Source: Deltaproteobacteria bacterium (lineage in GTDB: Bacteria; Myxococcota_A; UBA9160; UBA6930). From it: a DNA stretch of 64,000 bases. The translations under genes were made by a program, and so were the position numbers. Below are positions 53,902-63,344 of the stretch, piece after piece; the stretch's first letter is position 1, and every line of letters starts with the position of its first letter. The notes beneath the pieces are model-generated. The model saw only the letters and a list, made by a program, of their open reading frames with translations, did not search any database and was not told where the DNA came from. The DNA lies in assembly GCA_002687015.1 (NCBI GenBank), contig NYZB01000239.1, forward strand, positions 2,657 to 66,656, in the 5' to 3' direction.

Positions 53902-55527
53902 GTGGTCTCTACCCTTCGCCCGGTCCTGGTGCTCGGCCTCGACGGCGCCTCCCTCGACGTGATCCGGCCGCTGGCCGAGCGGGGACGGCTGCCGAACCTC
54001 TCCCGCTGGATGCAGGCAGGCCAGGCCGCGCCCCTGCCCAGCACCGTGCCGCCCATGACCTTCCCCTCGTGGAGCAGCTTCCTGACCGGATTGACGCCGG
54101 GCGAGCATGGGGTCTTCGACTTCACCCAGAAGCTGCCGGGCCGCTACCGGATCCGCTTCAACAACGCCTCCCATCGCCGCGGCGCGAGCCTGTACCGCCA
54201 GGTGAGTGACGCGGGCGGCAGCGTGCTGGCGCTGGGGATGCCCGCCACCTTCCCTCCCGAGCCGATCGACGGCCTGCTGGTGTGCGGCTTCGACGCGCCG
54301 GTCTCGGCGGGCAGCGACGCCTCGTCGGCGAGCGACCCCCATCTGTACCGCGAGATCGCCGAGCGCGCGGGCCCCTGGATGCAGCCCGACCTCGACGAGG
54401 CCGCTGAAGACGAAGCGTGGCACGAGCAGGCCATCGACGTGCTCCTGGCCCGCATCCGGCGCAAGACCGGATTCGCCCTGGAGGCCCTGACCGCCCTGCG
54501 CCGGGCGGGGCGGGATCCCTCCCTCGTGAACCTGGTCTTCTCGGAGAGCGATACCGTGGCGCACCACTTCTGGCGCGACCACGACCCGGCCTCTCCCCGC
54601 CACGATCCCGGTGCCAGCGCGAGACGCCGCGGGGCGATCGAGGCCGTCTACGAGGCCCTCGATGCCTCTTGCGGCGAGCTGCTCCACGCCTTCGGAGACG
54701 AGGCCACCTGCCTGGTCGTGTCCGACCACGGCACGGGGGGCGCCGCCGGGCGGGTGGTCCACCTGAACAAGCACCTGGAGACCTGTGGTCTGCTCTCCCG
54801 CAAGGGCGGTGCGAGCGATCTCGGACGAGCCGCGCGCGCGGCCCGCGACGGGGCACTGCGCCTGCTCCCGCCCCGCGCCGCACAGGCCGTGTTCCGCAAA
54901 CTGCGTCCGGCCGCCGCTCGGCTAGAGAGCGCGGCGCGCTTCGGCGGCTTCGATTGGAGAGGCACCGCGGCCTTCTCGGAAGAGGCCAACACCCAACCGG
55001 GCGTCTGGCTGAACCTGCAGGGCCGCGAAGAAGCCGGCTGCATCGCGCCCGCCGATCTCGAACGGGTGCGCCGCGACGTGATCGACGCCCTGCTGGATTG
55101 GAAGCTGCCGAGCGGCGACCCGGTGGTCGCGCGGGCGCGGCCGCGAGAGGAGGTCTACCGCGGGCCCTTCGTCGACCGGGCACCCGACATCGTCGTCGAG
55201 CTGGCTCTCGACCACGGCTACAGCCTCTCCCTGGTCCAGACGCCCTGGGCCCGCCAACCCTCTTCCGTGCAGGAGCTCGGCGCCGACGAGCTGGCGGGCG
55301 GGCGCGGGCGCGGCATGAACGGCACTCACCGGCCCGACGGCACCTGGATCGGCCCGCGGGAGATCACGCCACCGGCGTCGATCGTCGAGGTCGCCGGCGC
55401 CATCCGGTGCGCCCTCGGACTGGCCGTCGATGGGGACCACGGGACGGATGACCTGCCGCGGGCCTACAGCAACGAGGAGGCCGCCGTGCTCGCGGAGCGA
55501 CTCCGCAAGCTCGGGTATCTGGAATGA
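53902..55527 (+). CDS. alkaline-phosphatase-superfamily protein (type I phosphodiesterase/nucleotide pyrophosphatase family)
   Basis: GTG 53902 within ORF 52996..55527. Contains VLVLGLDGASLDVI, PPMTFPSWSSFLTG, VVSDHG and GTHRPDG. Confidence 0.75.
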   Translation: MVSTLRPVLVLGLDGASLDVIRPLAERGRLPNLSRWMQAGQAAPLPSTVPPMTFPSWSSFLTGLTPGEHGVFDFTQKLPGRYRIRFNNASHRRGASLYRQVSDAGGSVLALGMPATFPPEPIDGLLVCGFDAPVSAGSDASSASDPHLYREIAERAGPWMQPDLDEAAEDEAWHEQAIDVLLARIRRKTGFALEALTALRRAGRDPSLVNLVFSESDTVAHHFWRDHDPASPRHDPGASARRRGAIEAVYEALDASCGELLHAFGDEATCLVVSDHGTGGAAGRVVHLNKHLETCGLLSRKGGASDLGRAARAARDGALRLLPPRAAQAVFRKLRPAAARLESAARFGGFDWRGTAAFSEEANTQPGVWLNLQGREEAGCIAPADLERVRRDVIDALLDWKLPSGDPVVARARPREEVYRGPFVDRAPDIVVELALDHGYSLSLVQTPWARQPSSVQELGADELAGGRGRGMNGTHRPDGTWIGPREITPPASIVEVAGAIRCALGLAVDGDHGTDDLPRAYSNEEAAVLAERLRKLGYLE

Positions 55528-56531
55528 GCCTGAAGCACCGACTCCGCGACGTGGGCGCACAGCTGCTATGGAGCAGCGGCCTCACGCGTCCGTCGCGCGC
55601 GGGCCGCGACCGGCTCAACATCGTCACCTTCCACCGGGTGCTGCCGGATCCCGCGGCTTCGCCGCTACCCCACCTCGCCGTCACGCCTGACTTCCTGCGC
55701 AACGCGCTGCGCTTCTTCGCACAGCACTACACCTGCCTCACGCTCAGCGAGGCCGCGAAGCGCTTCTTCGACGGTGACCAGCCGGCCCGGCCGCTCCTGG
55801 CCGTCACCTTCGACGACGGCCGCAAGGACAACTTCCTGCACGGCGTGCCCGCGCTGCGCGCGGCCGGCATCCGCGCCACCTTCTTCGTCCCGGCCGGGCG
55901 GGTCGATGACACGACTCCTCTGTGGCACGACGAGCTGGGCTGGCTCGCCCGCCACCTGCTCGAGGAGGGGCAGGGCGACCTGCTGGGCTCCCTGGCGGGC
56001 CGGGCCGAGCTCGCGGACCGCGGCGTCCACGCGGTGGTCCAGCACGCCAAGGGTCTGCCCGGGCCGGAGAGGGAGTCCCTTCTCACCTTCCTTCGGCAGC
56101 GCACCGGTGGCATCTCCCTACCACAGTGGGAGGGCCCGATGCCCTGGAGTGAGCTCCGCCAGCTCATGCACGAGGGCTACGAGATCGGCTCCCATTCGCT
56201 GAGCCACGACGTGCTGCTCGACCGGCTGGGCGCCGACCAGCGCGCCGAGGTCTTCGAGTCGAAACGTCTGCTGGAGGAGAACCTGAACACCGAGGTGAAG
56301 AGCTTCTGCTTCCCCACCGGTGAGTACGACGCCACGACACTCGGCGAGATTCGCGAAGCCGGCTACCAGTGCGCGGTGACCACGCGGCCGGGGAGCAACT
56401 CGCGGGATTCCGACCCCTACGAGCTGCTGCGCCACGACATCCAGGGCGAGCGGAACCGCGTGGCCGCAGGCGCCGTCCATGTCCCGGTGCTGGCCTGGCG
56501 TCTCTCCGACTTCCCGGGCACGGCCCGATGA
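55524..56531 (+). CDS. polysaccharide deacetylase (CE4/NodB homology)
   Basis: Contains LAVTFDDGRKDN, IRATFFV and GYEIGSHSLSH. 4-nt overlaps with both neighbouring genes. Confidence 0.85.
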   Translation: MSLKHRLRDVGAQLLWSSGLTRPSRAGRDRLNIVTFHRVLPDPAASPLPHLAVTPDFLRNALRFFAQHYTCLTLSEAAKRFFDGDQPARPLLAVTFDDGRKDNFLHGVPALRAAGIRATFFVPAGRVDDTTPLWHDELGWLARHLLEEGQGDLLGSLAGRAELADRGVHAVVQHAKGLPGPERESLLTFLRQRTGGISLPQWEGPMPWSELRQLMHEGYEIGSHSLSHDVLLDRLGADQRAEVFESKRLLEENLNTEVKSFCFPTGEYDATTLGEIREAGYQCAVTTRPGSNSRDSDPYELLRHDIQGERNRVAAGAVHVPVLAWRLSDFPGTAR

Positions 56532-57766
56532 GCGGGGAGCTGCGCGTCGCCTATCTCGTGAGTCGCTATCCGGCGCTCTCCCACGTGTTCATCCGGCGCG
56601 AGATCGAGGCCCTGCGGCGCCTCGGCGTCGTCGTGGAGACGGCCAGCTTGCGAACACCCTCGGAGGCCGAGCTCCTCACCGAGGCCGACCGCCTCGAGCG
56701 GGCCAGCACCTACTACATCCAGCCCGTACGACCGCTCGCGCTGCTCCGAGAGCATCTCCTGATCGGTCTCGGCTCACCGCTCCGATACCTGCAGACCCTG
56801 CACAAGGCACTGCTGCATCGCCGGGCGGGAGCCAGGGGGCTGCTCTGGGCCTTGTTCCATTTCGCCGAGGCGATCCAGCTGGCCGCCGAGCTGGGCCGAC
56901 GCGGCGTCGAGCACATCCACTCCCACTTCGCGAACGCGGGCGGCACCGTCGGCCTGCTCGCGAGCGAGGTGCTGGGCGTGGGATGGAGCGTCACCCTGCA
57001 CGGGCTCTCGGACTTCGGGGATCCGGAGGGACAGCGGCTGGCCGAGAAGATCGGGGAAGCCCGCTTCGTCGCCTGCGTCTCGGAGCATGGCCGCGCGCAG
57101 GCACTTCGGTTCGGTGGCCCCGCCGCGGCGGGACACACCCACGTCGTGCGCTGCGGGCTCCCGGCGAACGCGTTTCGGGATCGCGCCAGGGGAGACGAAG
57201 CGGGAGAGGGCACCGACCCCCTGCGCATCATCTGCGTCGGTCGCCTGGCGCCGGAGAAGGGGCACCTGGGTCTGCTGGAGGCCCTCGCATCGGCACGCAG
57301 CGATGGACTGGAAGCACGGCTGACTCTCGTGGGCGAGGGCCCGGAGAGGCCGGAGATCGAGGCGAGGATCGCTGCCCTCGGGATCGGCGAGCACGTCGAC
57401 CTTCCGGGTGCGCTGGCGGGACCTGCCCTGCGGGATCGGCTCGCGGATTCCGACCTCTTCGTTCTCTCGAGCTTCATGGAAGGCCTGCCCGTCACCCTCA
57501 TGGAGGCCCTGGCCGTGGGAACGCCGGCCGTGGTCCCGGGGCTGTCGGGAATCCCCGAGCTCGTGCGCCAGGATGAAGAGGGCTGGCTCTACACGGCGGG
57601 GCGCTTCGACAGCCTGGCCGACGCCCTGCTGCGCGCGGGCAAGGAGCGGGGTGTCCTCGCTGCCATGGGGGAACGCGGCCGCGAACGCGTGCGCCAGCTC
57701 CACGACATCGACGAGCAGGCGGCCACGCTCCGTGGCCTGCTCGCCGCCGCCGCCGGCCGCGGGTAG
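56528..57766 (+). CDS. glycosyltransferase family 4
   Basis: ATG 56528 (ATGA overlap). Contains RIICVGRLAPEKG and FVLSSFMEGLPVTLMEALAVGTPAV (E-x7-E region). Confidence 0.85.
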   Translation: MSGELRVAYLVSRYPALSHVFIRREIEALRRLGVVVETASLRTPSEAELLTEADRLERASTYYIQPVRPLALLREHLLIGLGSPLRYLQTLHKALLHRRAGARGLLWALFHFAEAIQLAAELGRRGVEHIHSHFANAGGTVGLLASEVLGVGWSVTLHGLSDFGDPEGQRLAEKIGEARFVACVSEHGRAQALRFGGPAAAGHTHVVRCGLPANAFRDRARGDEAGEGTDPLRIICVGRLAPEKGHLGLLEALASARSDGLEARLTLVGEGPERPEIEARIAALGIGEHVDLPGALAGPALRDRLADSDLFVLSSFMEGLPVTLMEALAVGTPAVVPGLSGIPELVRQDEEGWLYTAGRFDSLADALLRAGKERGVLAAMGERGRERVRQLHDIDEQAATLRGLLAAAAGRG

Positions 57767-57775
57767 GCTCGCAGC

Positions 57776-58537
57776 ATGACCCCTGCGTTGTCCCTGGTGT
57801 TCCCGGTGTGGAACGAGCAGGAGAACGTCGAGTCCCTGCTGGAGACGGCGCTCGCCACCGGCCGGCGCCTCGGCCGGCCCTTCGAGATCGTCGTGGTCGA
57901 CGACGGGAGCAGCGACCGCAGCGCTTCGCTGGTGGCCTCCAAGGGACGCAGTCATCCGGAGATCCGGGTCGTCACCCACCCCTCCAACCGCGGCTACGGG
58001 GCCGCCCTGCGCTCGGGCTTGCGCGCCGCGCGCGGCGACTGGGTCTTCTTCAGCGACGCAGACCTGCAGTTCGATCTCAACGAGATCGATCGCCTGCTCA
58101 CCCATGCCGAGGACTTCGACATCATCGCCGGCGTCCGAACACCCCGACGCGACCCCTGGGGCCGCCAGCTGCTCGCCTGGGGTTGGGGTGTCCTGGTGCG
58201 GCTCCTCTTCGACCTGCGCGTGCGCGACATCGACTGCGCCTTCAAGCTGTTCCGGCGCGAGGTCATCGAGGCGATCCCGATCGCCTCGATCGGCGCCTTC
58301 GTCAACACGGAGATCCTCGTCCGCGCAGAGCACGCGGGCTTCCGGGTGCACCAGGTGGCCGTCAGTCACCGGCCACGGCTCCGCGGCCGGCAGTCCGGCG
58401 CCCGGCCGCGGGTGCTGCTGCGCGCCGCCGTCGAGCTGGCCACGCTCTCGCGGGAGCTGCGCGCGGGCACAGCCGCGGCGGGCTCGGTGGGCCATGCCCC
58501 GGCGGGCTCGGCGCGCACCGAAGTCCGGGGACGGTGA
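57776..58537 (+). CDS. glycosyltransferase family 2 (polyprenol-phosphate sugar transferase-like)
   Basis: Contains LSLVFPVWNEQENV, VVVDDGSSD, FFSDADLQ and DCAFKLF. Confidence 0.85.
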   Translation: MTPALSLVFPVWNEQENVESLLETALATGRRLGRPFEIVVVDDGSSDRSASLVASKGRSHPEIRVVTHPSNRGYGAALRSGLRAARGDWVFFSDADLQFDLNEIDRLLTHAEDFDIIAGVRTPRRDPWGRQLLAWGWGVLVRLLFDLRVRDIDCAFKLFRREVIEAIPIASIGAFVNTEILVRAEHAGFRVHQVAVSHRPRLRGRQSGARPRVLLRAAVELATLSRELRAGTAAAGSVGHAPAGSARTEVRGR

Positions 58538-59685
58538 CCGGGCCGACACATTCCGGGCTACGCCTGGCCATCCTGTTGGCGGCTCCCTTCCCGGCGCCCC
58601 AGGGCTCCCAGCGCTTCGTCGCTGAACAGGCCCGCGCCCTCGAGGCCGCCGGCTGCCAGGTGACCCTGCTGACCTATGCGAGTGGCGATGGCCGGACCGC
58701 GAGCGATCTCACGCGTGTGACCGCTCCCCGCGTCCTCTCCCCCGCACGGCTGCGCTCCGGCTTCCACATCGGCCAGCCGGTTGCCGACCTGGGTCTCTTG
58801 ACCGCCTTGACCGCGACACAGCGTCGCCAGCCCTTCGACGCCGTTCTCGCCCACAACGCCGAGGCCGCCCTGGTGGCCCTCGGGGCGCGCGCCCTGACCG
58901 GCGTGCCGGTGGTGTACGTCGCACACACCTTGTGGGAAGAGGAGCTCGCGAGCTACCTGTCGCCCCGCTTCGAGGCACCGGCTCGCCGGGCCGGTGCCGC
59001 GCTCGACCGCTGGCTGGGAGTGCGGGCCGACGCGGTGCTCGCGCTCTCGGAGGCGGCGCGCCTTCGGCTCGGCCAGGGTCGGCACGACGAAATCGCCTGC
59101 ATCGCGCCGGGTCTCGCCTCGGAACCCATTCCAGAGGACGAGGAGATCCGCGAGGTGTGCGCCCGACACGAGCTCGGCCGCGACGCGTTCGTCCTCTACC
59201 CGGGGAACCTCGACGGCTACCAGAACCTGCCGCTGCTCGACCGTGCGGCGCAGCACTTCCGGGCGGGGCCGGTGGTCGCGGTCACCCACGATCGGCGCGG
59301 GCCGAGGCTGCCACACCTTCGCGTCGTGGAAGCGGGGCTCGCGGAGGCCCGCGCGCTGCTCTTCGCCGCCCGGATCGTGGTCGTTCCCCGACGCGCCCGG
59401 GGCGGCTTCCCGATCAAGATCCTCCAGGCGATGGAGGCCGAGCGGCCCATCGTCGCCCTCCGCGGCATCGCCGATACGCTCCAGCACGACGAATCCGCCT
59501 GGCTTCTTCCGGCTGCCGTGGACGGCCGTTCCCTGGCCCAGGTGTTGGAGGCGCTCTGGCGCGACCCGGCGCGGCGCGCGCGGCTGGGTGCTGGCGCCGC
59601 GCAGGTGCTCGCCAAGCAGCACCGCTGGCAAGACGTGGCGGCAGCGACCCTGGAGCTGACACGCAGGGCGCGCGCGCGCCGCTAA
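58534..59685 (+). CDS. glycosyltransferase family 4/1
   Basis: GTG 58534 (GTGA overlap) within ORF 57808..59685. Contains LRLAILLAAPFPAPQGSQ and VVPRRARGGFPIKILQAMEAERPIV. Confidence 0.75.
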   Translation: MTGPTHSGLRLAILLAAPFPAPQGSQRFVAEQARALEAAGCQVTLLTYASGDGRTASDLTRVTAPRVLSPARLRSGFHIGQPVADLGLLTALTATQRRQPFDAVLAHNAEAALVALGARALTGVPVVYVAHTLWEEELASYLSPRFEAPARRAGAALDRWLGVRADAVLALSEAARLRLGQGRHDEIACIAPGLASEPIPEDEEIREVCARHELGRDAFVLYPGNLDGYQNLPLLDRAAQHFRAGPVVAVTHDRRGPRLPHLRVVEAGLAEARALLFAARIVVVPRRARGGFPIKILQAMEAERPIVALRGIADTLQHDESAWLLPAAVDGRSLAQVLEALWRDPARRARLGAGAAQVLAKQHRWQDVAAATLELTRRARARR

Positions 59686-59727
59686 GCTCGGGCGGATCCC
59701 ACGAAGTACCCGCCCCCACCCCTCCGG

Positions 59728-62700
59728 GTGGGGAGCGGGCATTCGTGCGTGCGGAGGACGATCCGGAAGGTGGCGAGCAGCGCTCTCCGAGACCTGGCGC
59801 GGCGGCTCGCCGCGGGTGAGGGGCCGCGCCGCCTGGTCGGCCTGCGCGGCAGCGCCCACGCCGCGGTCATCGCCCGTCTCGTCCAGGCGGCCGGGAAGCG
59901 CACGACCCTGCTCCTGACCGCGGGTGCCAAGGAGGCCGACGCCCTGGCCGCCGACGTCGAGGCCGCGCTCGGCCAGCCCCCGCCGGAGGAGGGCGGCCGC
60001 GTGCGCTCCTTCCCCCATCCGGACACACCGCCCTACGACCGCTTCTCTCCCCAGCCCTTCGTCGTGGCCGAGCGCATGGACGTGCTGTTCCGCCTGGCGT
60101 CACCGCCCGAAGACGAGGCGGCTCCGGTGATCGTGGCCCCGTGGGCCGCCCTGGCGCTTCGGGTGCCTTCGCGCGAGACCGTGCGCGAGCGCTCGGTCCG
60201 CCTGCGCGTGGGCGACTGGATCGATCGCGACGAGCTGGTCGCCACCCTCGTCCGAGCGGGCTATTCGCGACAGCCGGTCGTCGAGGAGCGCGGCGAGGTG
60301 GCCGTGCGCGGCGGTCTCCTCGACGTCTTCCCGCCGCAGCGGACCCGGCCGGTGCGCGTCGAGCTGCTCGGCGACGAGGTCGAATCGCTGCGCGAGTTCG
60401 ACCCGGCCAGTCAACGCAGCCAGAGCCCGCTCGAGAGCTTCGTCGCCGCGCCCGCTCGAGAGCTGCTCGGCGACCGCGAGCTGATCGTCGAGCGCAGCGC
60501 CGCGATCCGCAGCCTCGGCCTCGCCCAGGCGGTCGCCGTCCGCAAGCTGGACGAGCTGATCGACACCCTGCTGCGCGGCAGCGTGCCGCCGGGCAGCGAG
60601 GCCATGGCGCCGCTCCTGCAGCCCGCCATGGAGAGCTTCCTCGACCTCGTGCCCGAGGATGCGCTGGTCGTCGTCGACGAGCCGGAGGCCGGCCGCGAGC
60701 GCCTGCTGCGCTTCGGCAGCGAGCTGCTCGAGAATTGGAATGGCGCGCGCTCGGGCGAACGCGTCGTGTGTCCGCCGGACGAGCTGGCCACCCCGGTCGA
60801 CGAGATCCTGGCCGAGGTGGAGCGGCGCGGGCCGGTCGAGCTGGAGCGGCTCGAGGTGGAGTCGAGCCGCGCCCGGACGCTTCGGACCGAGGCTCACGAC
60901 CCCCTCGTCGCGCGTCTGCGGGCCCGGCGCGCCGAGGGGTCCGGCGCGGCCCTCGAGCCCCTGATCGAGGCTCTGCGCGGCTGGTGCGATGCGGAGCTTC
61001 GCGTCGTGCTCAGCGCTTCCGCGCTGTCGGGGGCGGATCGACTGCACGCCCTCCTCGGCGAGTACGGGGTCGAGGCCGAGCTCACCCGCGAGACGAAGCC
61101 GCTCTGGGCGTGGGGGGCCCCGGGCCAGGTGGAGGTCCGGATCGGCGCCGCCGAGCAGGGCTACCTGCTGCGCGACGAGGGCCTGGTCGTCGTCACCGAA
61201 GAGGAGATCTTCGGCCCGCGCGAGAAGCGCAGGCGCAGCGGCACCTGGCGCGAAGGCGCCGCCATCGAAGCCCTCGGCCAGCTCTCGCCGGGCGACCATC
61301 TGGTGCACGCCGAGCACGGCATCGGCGTGTACCGCGGGCTCATCATGCTCGAGCTCGGGCGCTTCTCCGACGAGTTCCTGCGCATCGAGTACGAGGCGGG
61401 CGACCGGCTCTTCGTGCCGGTCCACCGGCTCAACCTCGTGCAGCGCTACGTGGGCGCCGAGGGTGCGGCGCCGAAGATCGACAAGCTCGGCGGGGCCACC
61501 TGGGAGAAGACGAAGCGCTCCGTCAAGCGGGCCATGCGCGACATGGCGAAGGAGCTGCTCGAGGTCCATGCCGCGCGGGAGCTGGCACCGGGCACGGGCT
61601 TCCCGCCGCGCGACCGCGCCCTGGAGGAGTTCGAAGCCGCCTTCCCCTACGAGGAGACGCCGGACCAGGCCTCCGCCATCGAAGACGTGCTCGCCGATCT
61701 GGCCCTGCCGCGCCCGATGGATCGATTGGTCTGTGGTGACGTGGGCTACGGCAAGACGGAGGTGGCCTGTCGCGCCGCGCACCAGGTGGTGATGGCGGGG
61801 AGGCAGGTTGCCGTGCTGGTCCCCACCACGGTGCTCTGCCAGCAGCATGCAGACACCTTCGAAGAGCGATTCCGGGGCAGCGGTGTGCGCATCGAGAGCC
61901 TCTCCCGCTTCCGCGGCCCGAAGGAGGCCCGTGAGGTCCTGGAAGGGCTGGCCGCGGGCCAGGTCGACATCGTGGTCGGGACCCATCGCCTGCTCCAGAA
62001 GAGCGTCGCCTTCCGGAACCTCGGGCTGCTGGTGGTCGACGAGGAGCATCGCTTCGGAGTCGCCCACAAGGAGCGGATCAAGAAGCTCAAGCAGACGGTC
62101 GACGTGCTCACTCTCACCGCGACCCCCATCCCGCGCACCCTGCAGATGGCCTTCACGGGCCTCCGCGATCTCTCGGTCATCCAGACGCCGCCGGCGGATC
62201 GCCTGGCCATCCGCACCCAGGTCTGTCGCTTCGAGGAATCGCTGATCCGCGAGTCGATCCTTCGCGAGGTCCAGCGGGGCGGACAGGTCTTCTTCGTGCA
62301 CAACCGGGTCAAGACGATCGGCGCCATCGCGGAGCTGCTCGAGGGAATCACACCCGAGATCAAGACCCTGGTGGCCCACGGGCAGATGCCCGAACGCGAG
62401 CTCGAAGACCGGATGCTCTCCTTCATGCGGGGCGAGCACGACCTGCTGCTCTGCACCACGATCATCGAGAGCGGCCTCGACATCCCGCGCGCGAACACGA
62501 TCCTGATCGATCGCGCCGACGCGCTGGGTCTGGCGCAGCTCTACCAGCTGCGCGGACGCGTCGGACGCAGCAAGCAGCGCGCCTATGCCTACCTGTTGAT
62601 CCCCGGCGAGGCGGGGCTCACGCCAGACGCGACGCGGCGCCTCGAAGCGATCCAGGATCTGGCGGAGCTGGGCAGCGGCTTCCGGCTCGCGAACATGGAC

Positions 62701-63276
62701 CTCGAGATCCGCGGTGCGGGGAACCTGTTGGGCGGAGAGCAGTCGGGAAACCTCGGAGCCGTCGGCTACGAGACCTACATGGAGCTCCTCGAGGAGGCCG
62801 TTGCGGAGCTGCGGGGAAGCGGGCGCCCCCTCGGCATCGACCCGGAGATCCGGCTTCCGGTCGCCGCACGCCTGCCCGACGACTACGTGCCGGACGTCAG
62901 CCAGCGGCTCGTCCTCTACAAGCGGCTCGCGGGTGCACCGGATGCGGAGGAGGCCCGCCGCCTGCGCGACGAGCTCCTGGATCGCTTCGGGCCGCTTCCG
63001 CCCGAGGCGGAGCACCTGGTCGCCGTGATCGGGTTGAAGATCCGGGCCCGCGAGCTGGGCATCACGAAGGTCGAGCTCGAGCGCGGCGCGCTGGTATTGA
63101 CTGCGGGCCAGGGCAGCCAGGCCGATCCAGCTCGTCTCGTCGAGTGGATGAGCCGGCCGGACGCGGAGGTCGAGGTCCTGCCCGACCACCGCCTGCGAAC
63201 GGCCGCGCCACCGGCGACTCCGCCCGAGCCCCTGTTCGCCCGCGCACATTGGCTGCTCGACCTGCTCGCTTCGTGA
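59728..63276 (+). CDS. mfd: transcription-repair coupling factor Mfd
   Basis: 1182-aa ORF. Contains GDHLVHAEHGIGVY, LVCGDVGYGKTEVA, LVVDEEHRFGV, superfamily-2 helicase motifs and a TRCF C-terminal domain. The exact start (59728, 59749 or 59770) is uncertain. Confidence 0.9.
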   Translation: MGSGHSCVRRTIRKVASSALRDLARRLAAGEGPRRLVGLRGSAHAAVIARLVQAAGKRTTLLLTAGAKEADALAADVEAALGQPPPEEGGRVRSFPHPDTPPYDRFSPQPFVVAERMDVLFRLASPPEDEAAPVIVAPWAALALRVPSRETVRERSVRLRVGDWIDRDELVATLVRAGYSRQPVVEERGEVAVRGGLLDVFPPQRTRPVRVELLGDEVESLREFDPASQRSQSPLESFVAAPARELLGDRELIVERSAAIRSLGLAQAVAVRKLDELIDTLLRGSVPPGSEAMAPLLQPAMESFLDLVPEDALVVVDEPEAGRERLLRFGSELLENWNGARSGERVVCPPDELATPVDEILAEVERRGPVELERLEVESSRARTLRTEAHDPLVARLRARRAEGSGAALEPLIEALRGWCDAELRVVLSASALSGADRLHALLGEYGVEAELTRETKPLWAWGAPGQVEVRIGAAEQGYLLRDEGLVVVTEEEIFGPREKRRRSGTWREGAAIEALGQLSPGDHLVHAEHGIGVYRGLIMLELGRFSDEFLRIEYEAGDRLFVPVHRLNLVQRYVGAEGAAPKIDKLGGATWEKTKRSVKRAMRDMAKELLEVHAARELAPGTGFPPRDRALEEFEAAFPYEETPDQASAIEDVLADLALPRPMDRLVCGDVGYGKTEVACRAAHQVVMAGRQVAVLVPTTVLCQQHADTFEERFRGSGVRIESLSRFRGPKEAREVLEGLAAGQVDIVVGTHRLLQKSVAFRNLGLLVVDEEHRFGVAHKERIKKLKQTVDVLTLTATPIPRTLQMAFTGLRDLSVIQTPPADRLAIRTQVCRFEESLIRESILREVQRGGQVFFVHNRVKTIGAIAELLEGITPEIKTLVAHGQMPERELEDRMLSFMRGEHDLLLCTTIIESGLDIPRANTILIDRADALGLAQLYQLRGRVGRSKQRAYAYLLIPGEAGLTPDATRRLEAIQDLAELGSGFRLANMDLEIRGAGNLLGGEQSGNLGAVGYETYMELLEEAVAELRGSGRPLGIDPEIRLPVAARLPDDYVPDVSQRLVLYKRLAGAPDAEEARRLRDELLDRFGPLPPEAEHLVAVIGLKIRARELGITKVELERGALVLTAGQGSQADPARLVEWMSRPDAEVEVLPDHRLRTAAPPATPPEPLFARAHWLLDLLAS

Positions 63277-63344
63277 AGCGGCGCCGCCGCAGAGGCCGCG
63301 CCAGCCGGGTGGCGACCCCCGATCGGGGCTAGGGTCTCGCCGCG

